Source of the DNA: Octopus sinensis
Lineage: Eukaryota
Assembly: GCF_006345805.1 (NCBI RefSeq)
Contig: NC_043019.1
Coordinates: forward strand, 26,907,360 to 26,971,359
Length of the DNA: 64,000 bases
Direction: 5' to 3'
Both the position numbers and the translations under genes were made by a program. A model generated the notes under the pieces. It was not told where the DNA came from. It saw only the letters and a program-made list of their open reading frames with translations, and ran no database searches. Position 1 is the first letter of the stretch; every line of letters starts with the position of its first letter. Positions 53,747-64,000 of this stretch are shown here, piece by piece.

Positions 53747-53780
<34 letters not shown>

Positions 53781-53791
53781 ATATATATGTA

Positions 53792-53838
<47 letters not shown>

Positions 53839-54215
53839 TCTCTTTTACTCTTTTACTTGCTTCAGTCATTTGACTGTGGCCATGCTGGAGCATCGCCTTT
53901 AGTCGAGCAAATCGACCCCAGGACTTATTCTTTGTAAGCTTAGTACTTATTCTATCGGTTTCTTTTGCCGAACCGCTGAGTTACAGGGACGTAAACACAC
54001 AGGCATCGGTTGTCAAGCGATGTTGGGGGGACAAACACAGACACAGAAACATATATATATATATATATCTACGACGGGCTTCTTACAGTTTCCGTCTACC
54101 AAATCCACTCACAAGGCTTATATATACTTGATATACTGTCTTGGGTGTTTTTATAGGCTATACTACTGTTTGAACAACAAACAAAAAGGACTACTACTAC
54201 TACTGCTGCTGCTGC

Positions 54216-54252
<37 letters not shown>

Positions 54253-55591
54253 CCCTTCTGCTATAGGTATATGGTCTGACATGTGTCGATTACATCGACC
54301 CCAGTGCTCAAATGGTACTTATTTTGTCGACCCTGGAAAGAATAAAATGCGAAGTCGAGCTCGACTGAATTTGAACTCAAAACACGAAGGCGGACGAAAT
54401 GCCACTAAGCATTTCGCCCGACGTGCTACCGGTTCTGCCAACTCGCCGCCTTCACTACGAAAGCATCGTCTCTCTTGCCCACCACTAAATCTCTATAGAA
54501 TGCCATGAAGGAACATTCACTGCATTGCCTGACTGACAGGAGGCTTTGAGCGCCTGACGGCAATCTAGCTGTCAGGCGCTCTGCCTCAGTCTACACTCGA
54601 TCCGGGATTGCAGCTGTGTCAATGAGATGAGCTGCGGAAAAGCGCGTCTTCCAAAGGGTGATCACACCTGCTCACCGCTAAAGAAAGGTTCGTAACAGCG
54701 TAGCCACAGCGCATGTCTGCGTATCATCATCAGTCGCAACGTGCTCCTCGAATGTTCTCCACTCACCGGATATTGCCAGCGAATGAAACCCATTCTTCAG
54801 AGTAAGCTGAAGAGGAAGCAAACATTTTTTCTATTCTAGGCACAAGGCCCGAAATTTTTGAGAAGGGGGCCAGTCGATTAGATCGATCCCAGTACGTAAC
54901 TGGTACTTAGTTTATCGACCTCGAAAGGATAGAGGAAGCACAAATCAAATAAGCAATGAAAGGACACAGACCAAATGAATAGTTCAGTCTGGTGAGTTTA
55001 AAATGTTGTTGTTGTTATGCTCAACGGACATTAGCATGACTGTGTTATTGAGCAATTCACATTGTAACAGGTATACGGTTCGATTCCGCTGCAGGGCGCA
55101 GTCACGTGAGTGTGATCTGATAGAGTGGAAACTGTATGGAAGCCTTTTCTGTGAGTGTTCGTATGTTATAGAACAAGTACAGATAAAGGGTACGCCTTCG
55201 ATGAGATCATGGATTGCTAAGAGAGGAATGTGACGAACCAATTAATCGCTGGATCAGTTAATTGGTTTAGTTGAATAAGAATAATGAAAAGAAGTGAAAT
55301 GCATTCAGTGCGTGTGCGTTTCTTGACAAACTGATCCTCTCAAACTATAATACTGGTTTCAACATACAATTTTATAACCCCATATATTGCGAAATAAATG
55401 CAAAACCTCTCCCAGCTCTTTCTCTCTCGGAGGTTTCTATTGGCAAAGGTTCAACAAGAACACAAACGGCTCCAATCTCAATTACCTAGGAAGGGCCTCA
55501 AAGGTCACGGGTATTGCTCCCCTACCAGACCCAGTAAGAGAAACTTTAAGCAATGCATTTGTGACTTACACAGACACACACAGACACACAG

Positions 55592-55640
<49 letters not shown>

Positions 55641-56057
55641 CGCACCGCTCCCACGCACGCACGCACGCACCCTCCAGCATTGGCACAGGCGTGGTTGTGT
55701 GGAAAGAAGTTTGCTTCCCAACCCCATGGTTCCGTGTTCAATCCCATAGCGTTGCACCTTGGGTAAGCGTCTTCTACTACAGCCCTATCATTATACATTA
55801 TGTAAGTTTGCTCTGTTGATATATAAATATCCATACATTTATACAGGATTATTCATGGTCTGGAAATCCTCAGTCTTTGCTTTCTCTATTTACATGTGTT
55901 TGTATGTTTTGTATATCTCTCCTAAGCAGTTTTATTTGTTTATCCACATCATTATCTCTGTCTGTTCTCTGTCTCTGCCACTCACTCTCCCTCCCTCCCT
56001 CTCTCTCTGTATATATATATATAATATATATATAATATAATATATATATATATATAG

Positions 56058-56088
<31 letters not shown>

Positions 56089-56232
56089 TATTCATTAAGG
56101 CACACACTGTCGCCATCTGTGTACTGAACACCAGATATTATATAACTAAGAGTTTTAAACTCTTTCGATAGATTTAGCAATGTCTGAAGCATAATACATA
56201 GATACATACAAACACACACACACACACACACC

Positions 56233-56267
<35 letters not shown>

Positions 56268-57708
56268 CACACACATACATATATATGCGTATATGTGTGT
56301 ATCGACTTCTATACTCAATTATCAATGGAGTTTATACATCTACAAGTCTGGTGCAGCTATTGTAGCGTTATATATTATTAATAGCACCATTGCCATGGCT
56401 TTCCATTGTCTTTGTAACATAAGCCGGTATGTGGATCGGGATGTTGTCTGGTTTTTCGTTTGGGGAAAATACCTTTATCTGGTAGATATAATATACAAAT
56501 TCTTAACTGGTTGTGCTACATTGTGGCAATAGCTTATAGAATCTTATTTATAAAGTCTTTTTTGATAATTTACTGTTATGAAGCATGAATTTGGAAGATT
56601 GTATCAGCTTCACGTCTACCTAATACGTCGGATAGAAGCCGACCTTCTCTTTTCCTACAAGATACAAAAGGACTGGAATTTTGAGGGTTCATCACATTGA
56701 CCCCAGTACACAACTGGTGTTTATATCATCGGCCCCAAAAGGATGCAAGGCGAAGTTGACATCGGTAGAATTTGAACACAAAGACGGAACATAAAGACGG
56801 AACATATCCCGCTAAGCTTTTCGTCCGCTTTGCTAACTATTCTGCCGATTCTGCCAGATCACAGCTCACTAACAGATAATTAGAAGGTACTTGTACAGCA
56901 AAGCGGACGAAAAGTCTTAGGAGTTAAAATAATATATAGTATATAAATTTTCTTCATATGTAAATTATTTTGGAAATTATGACAAATTTTTCGTAAAGTC
57001 CCAAATGGGTATCACTGAAAAAAAACGAACATATTTATCTTTTTCTATTCAATTGCAATAATAAACATTTTAGTTTTTTTGAAACTATAATATCAAATGC
57101 AAATGCGTATCAAGGAATGATATAGATGGGAAATGCGAAAAGAAAAAAAAAAACGTTTTCAAAACAGTCAATATTTTTGTAGTTCAAAAATTGCGATTTA
57201 TGACATAAAATGTCCTCTAGAATTAGCCAGAGCTAATAATTACAAAATTTAACTACTGAATATTGTGAAAAACACCTCTGCTAATGCAATATATATAAGC
57301 AATTCACTTTAAATATAACGAACAACCAACAGTGAGACTGCTTTTGGCAGATCCCCAAATGGGGCTCATGGCAAGCAATGGGTTAAAACTACGAGTTCAA
57401 ATCATGCTGAGGTGGATATTAACTTTCATTCTTTCTCGGTCGATAGTATTTAATATCAATCAAGTACAGAGATCAATATAATCGAATATAGAGCATCTTT
57501 GTCACGAATAAAAACAGGGATCTTCAACCAAAGAGCCGTAATTAATTTGGTCCTGGGTCAAACAGAAAGAAGAAATTTAAAGTATTGCTTCTAGATTATT
57601 AACTATCACATTTGGGCGTTTTTGTATTATATATGTATATATACGTGGCATGTGTGTGTGTATGTATGTATGTATGTATGTATGTATGTATGTATGTATG
57701 TATGTATG

Positions 57709-57783
<75 letters not shown>

Positions 57784-57945
57784 TAAATCAAAATAAGCAC
57801 AAGAATATCTTCGGTAATTTGGTACGATCGTTCACGCTACATCTCTTTTTATAAACTTGTAAGTATTACAAAAGTTTTAAATGTTGAGCAATCAACATTT
57901 TAAAACACACACACAACACACACCACACACACACACACACACACA

Positions 57946-58043
<98 letters not shown>

Positions 58044-58523
58044 TAATCAAAGGACATACTAAGTATGTCTACCACCGCGCTGGAAATAACAGTCAAAACT
58101 CTTATCTAAATCGCCACAAATACACTGTTAATAACTACAGAAATCAACCGTCCGAAGGCAAACGGGCAAACACTTTTTTAAATTGCTACACTAGATAATA
58201 ACAGAGTCAATGGTATTTTCGCAAATTATTTTTTGGTGCATTATTTCTTTCACGTGAATTATTTGCTCCGTGTGTGTGTGTGATTTACTTGTTTCAGTTA
58301 TTAGACTGCGGCTATGCTGGAGCACGGCATTGAAGAATTTTACTCCAGCGAACTAAGCTCAGTGATTACTTTTCTTTTTAAGCCATGTACTTCTTCTGTC
58401 GGTTAGTTTTGCCGAACCGCTATGTTACGGGGTCGTAAACACACCAACACCGATTGTCAAGCTGTGGTGGGGAACAAACACAGACACAACACACACACAC
58501 ATAATATAAAAAAGAAGCTCGTC

Positions 58524-58557
<34 letters not shown>

Positions 58558-58740
58558 TATATATATAAAGGGAAAGTTTTACGAAAATAAACAAAAGACG
58601 AAGGCAGGTGGAGTACAAACAAACAAATGTATTTGTATAGCACTCAGGAAGATAATAGAAAAAGTCTTTTACGTTTCGAGCCTACGCTCTTCGACAGAAA
58701 GATACACAGAAAAAAAAAACAGGAGAGAAACAAGGAGGAA

Positions 58741-58785
<45 letters not shown>

Positions 58786-59330
58786 TCAATATAGGGTGGC
58801 AAAAAAAAAATTTTGTAGAATTTTTTGCCACCAGCGGCCTAGTGGGAAAAAATTAATAGTCATAGACCTTTTTAAGTTCAACATCACAATCAAGGAACGC
58901 CATAATAGCCATTCACCCACTGAAATAACAGCCAAAAGCTTCAACCGCAAAATAACATCATTCCGTAAACCAGGAGAAAATAAAAAAACATTTACCCTGT
59001 AATTTCGTTATCGATGCACCTTTTCATCTACTGTTTAATGGTAACTCTAACCTGATTAAATTAAATCAAGCCAATCTATATATATATAGGGAGAGTTTAC
59101 GAAAAAAAACAAAACAAAGACAAACAGTGGTGTACAAAACAAACGGATGTATTAGTATAACGCTCAGGAAAAGAAAAAGTATTTTACGTTTCGAGCCTAC
59201 GCTCTTCTACAGAAAGGGACACAGAAAAAAACAAGGAGAGATACAAGGAGAGAAAAAATGTGTGTAGTGGCTAACGCTCTATCATGGCGACTGAATATAT
59301 ATGTATATGTATATGTATATAATAATAATG

Positions 59331-59379
<49 letters not shown>

Positions 59380-59628
59380 TAATAATAATAAAACGAATGG
59401 CTTACACCTGGTAGCTTACTGGTAAAGTGCGGTCATTTTCATATATATAACATATGCGAAAGGCTTCTTTCAGTGATCGTCTACCAAATTCACTCATAAG
59501 GCTTTTGCCGACCCGAGGCTACAATAGAAGACACTTGCCGTAGAAAACACTTCTTACCAAACAGCCGCGCCAGCGCCATATATAATACACATACACATGA
59601 GTAACCAGATGTATTATTATATATGCAA

Positions 59629-60139
59629 CTAGCAGTATCGCCCGGCGTTGCTCGGGTTTGTAAGGGAAATAACTATATAAGCATTTTTAGAGAGTTACTT
59701 CCCTTATAGATGCCAATTCGGGCTTTCTTAGCCATTTCTGTTTTGGTGTCTTCAAGCATGAAGTCGTTGTTCTAAAAGAACGTGCTGGTCTCCTTGACAA
59801 CGCTTTACGACGTTGATTTCCTTACACTCCTCCCCACAGCTTCACGAGGGAGGGAAGAAGGGTAGAACAAACAGGTGCAGGTGTGACCATGGACGCCAAC
59901 TCCGCCGCCATCGACACACGAAAAATTATGCATTAAAATGGAATAAAAAATGATGTTTAAATTATTTTTAAAATCGTAGACTCATCGTAGACGCACGCTA
60001 ATACTCAGACGGGCTCGATATGAATCACGACTATAAGATACCCGAATTTGGTTAAACTGCACCGCAAAATGTGGGAGTAGTTAGGAATCTAAATCGAAGG
60101 GGACAGACACTCACACAACTACAGTTTTATATATATAGA
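59629..60139 (-). mobile_element. Non-autonomous Helitron-like element
   Basis: Minus strand starts A|TC and ends CTAG|T, with subterminal hairpin cccg-gcgttgct-cggg about 10 nt from the 3' end. Confidence 0.7.
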
Positions 60140-60503
60140 TAAACAAATTATATATCTTGCATTTTATTCTGTTTATATATCTTGCACGTTATTCATTATA
60201 TGCCTGATCTTCAGGTCCGTGGAAAAAATTGTCTTGCCTGAAAGCGACCCGTGGTGCAGGAATGGTCGTGGCCTCTGTATTCAAAAAACCAATAGAGAGA
60301 ACTATGGAATGGATCAACAAGCCTTTACTCAACAGCCCTTAATATCTGACTGACGCCTTTTTCTAAAATATAGGGATTTTCTATCAAACTGAGAGTTCGC
60401 GTTGTTATGCAATTCATATTTCGTTCCACCGCTCTTAAAATTACGATGTTTATACGCAGAGATAAGCGTCCGCCTTGTCTGCTTGTTCGACAGTCATATA
60501 CGG

Positions 60504-60536
<33 letters not shown>

Positions 60537-60643
60537 TTCTCTCACTTTTCTCTCTGTCTCTCCCCTTCTTTCTCACTCTCTCTCACGCGCACGCGCACAT
60601 GGATTGCCCGACTCTTATAATAAGCCTTTGTGTGAGAATATAA

Positions 60644-60693
<50 letters not shown>

Positions 60694-62546
60694 ATATATA
60701 TAATATATATATCTATATATAATATATATATATATATATGCGCATGTGTATATATATATGTGTGTGTGTATATATATGTATATCTATATGTATGTGTATA
60801 TATAATTATATATAATATATATATATATTCATATTAATATATACATAATATAATATATATTATATGTTATATATATATATATACTATATATATATATATA
60901 TATTATATATATATATAATATATATACATATATATATATTATAGTATACATATATATATATATATAATACATATATATTATATATATATATATATATTAT
61001 TATATTATACATAGATATATATAGACATATATATATATATAATAATGTATATATATTTAAAGCTAAACATGGCGTATGCATACACACACCTTCACATACG
61101 TCACACGCATGTACACATACAGGCGCACACAGACATACGCATACACATGCGCTTGCACACTCACGCGCATATACACATACGCACGCACATGCACATATAT
61201 ATGCATGCATGCACACGCGCACACACACACACAAAATATGCCGACACGGAGACTCTATGTAGTCACTTCTCCTGCTAGAAATAGCAACCAACTCCTCCAA
61301 ATAACATTCTATGGTTTTAGTAAAAAGAAAACGTGATACTGTGCAACTGGGTTCCTTGTAGACTACAGAAGGACAGGATGGTCATGGATGGAATAGCTTT
61401 TATCATAGACCTGACACAACAGGCTTCATCGGGACTAAACAGCAACCACAAATACAAACACACAACTTACATATAGCCACACATTCACATATGCACATAT
61501 ACACACACATGCACACACATGCACAGGCACAAACAACACACACACACACATAGCCATACATACGCATATACATACACACACGCATACATACACACACGCA
61601 TACATACACGTGTACACTCACAGACACACACACCTAGCCACACATAGGCACATACACACACATGCATACACACACATGCTTACACACATGCACACACACA
61701 TGCACATAGACATACACACACACACACACAGCAGAAACGGACACATATAACTATACATATATACACGCATGTACATACATGTGCCACTTACACATACACA
61801 CGCAAACACACGCACACATATACACATACACAAGTACACACACACTCATATCCACACATAGATGCATACACTCATATGCACACACATACATACATACATA
61901 GACATAACAAAACTAGCTCATACACACATACATACACACATATACGCACACACACATATACGCACACACACATATACGCACACACACATATACACATACA
62001 CAAGTACACACACACTCATATCCATACATAGATGCATACACACATATGCACACACATACATACATAGACAAGCTCATACACACATACATACACACATATA
62101 CGCTCACACACACACACGTAGACAAAACACAAACATATATTCACTCACACATATACATACAAAAACATACATACACATATACACACACATACATACACAA
62201 CAATACACACACATGCACACATACGCACTCACATAGCCAGGCATACATTTAAATACTTATTCACAAACGTAAATATACTCCAGAGCCTCTTTGTGGTCGT
62301 TCCTGCTGCTAAAAACAACAGCCAAATATTTATCGATTTTTTTCAGTGTGATCTTGCGAAAGGAAGGACTCACTGGATAATGTAATCCGAGGTATGCAAT
62401 GCCAAAGACAAGGACGAGACGACCACCACGTCTAGAACACCTTTGATCATAGGTCTGACAACTCAATCCTGGCAGGCCTAGGGTTAAGCAACAATAATTA
62501 CAACATACAAGTATCGATTACACAAGCTCTTTCTTTCTCTCTTTCT

Positions 62547-62581
<35 letters not shown>

Positions 62582-62834
62582 GCTCGCACGTGCACGCACA
62601 CACAGACACACACACACACTCGAAGGATAGACATAAACACACAGGTAAACACGTGTGTAGATCCTGTGTGCATCTTGCAATCACATTCATGAACACACGA
62701 ACACGCACACGTAGATACACGCGCATACACACAAACATATATACATGTATATGCATGACCATAACACATCGACAATGCACGCTCCCACACACACATATAT
62801 ACACACATACATACCTATATATAATACATAATAT

Positions 62835-63200
<366 letters not shown>

Positions 63201-63456
63201 TAATAAATATAGACAGATAGATAGTATACAATACTCAAATCACGCAAGCACACACGTACACATATACATACATATATACAGACAAAGGTGCGCGCATATG
63301 CGTACATGCATAAATACATACGCACACACACACACACACATGTATATATATATATATATATAAATATATGCATTCAGGCATATATACACACATAAATACA
63401 TATACACGTCTGTACGTAAATACATGTGCATAGGAATATATAGAGAATTGCACACA

Positions 63457-63492
<36 letters not shown>

Positions 63493-63822
63493 ACACACAC
63501 ACACACACACATGCACACACATGTACACAAAAGCGTATTGAAGTGCTTAAAAACACGCGCACGGACGTATAAACACACAAACAAACATTTAAATACATAT
63601 ACACACGGGAATATAATCACGCATACATACGTACTAAAACACACACACGCACGCACACGCACACACCTATATACACGCACGTGCCTACACACACAACAGG
63701 TAATCCGAATGTAAATAGAGCGAACGCGTGTATATAACATTCTGTATATGAGGAGTATGTGTGTGTGTATATATATAAATATATTTATGAATATGTATGT
63801 ATAGATACATATATATATTATA

Positions 63823-63902
<80 letters not shown>

Positions 63903-64000
63903 TATATATATACATACATATATATTATGTATGTATTATACACACACACACATATATATATATATACCGTAAAACACATACAATCTACATACATATGTGT

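Overview
Repeat-dense, AT-rich animal genomic DNA with introns. The SINE families and microsatellite load suggest an octopus (inference). One complete protein-coding gene is supported: a three-coding-exon JOSD1/2-type Josephin deubiquitinase on + (13594-13751, 15509-15634, 23681-24092; 231 aa; Cys-His-Asp triad intact). About 17.5 kb downstream, facing it tail-to-tail on -, lies an intact terminal exon of a divergent second Josephin paralogue (42044-41582). I could not find that paralogue's upstream exons in this window. Both proteins end in a conserved acidic/Ser tail plus a CaaX-type box (GCNLI*, GCNLL*), which suggests prenylated, membrane-anchored Josephin DUBs; this is the most interesting signal here. 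The rest is tRNA-derived SINEs, RTE/Tx1/RLE/Penelope-like retroelement fossils, mariner/Tc1 remnants, MITEs, Helitron-like elements and simple repeats. At least 14 short fold-back (inverted-repeat) elements sit mostly in (TA)n tracts, and several contain complete or broken hammerhead-ribozyme motifs. Most ORFs in the supplied track are microsatellite or SINE artefacts. All alignments were done by eye; repeat boundaries are approximate.
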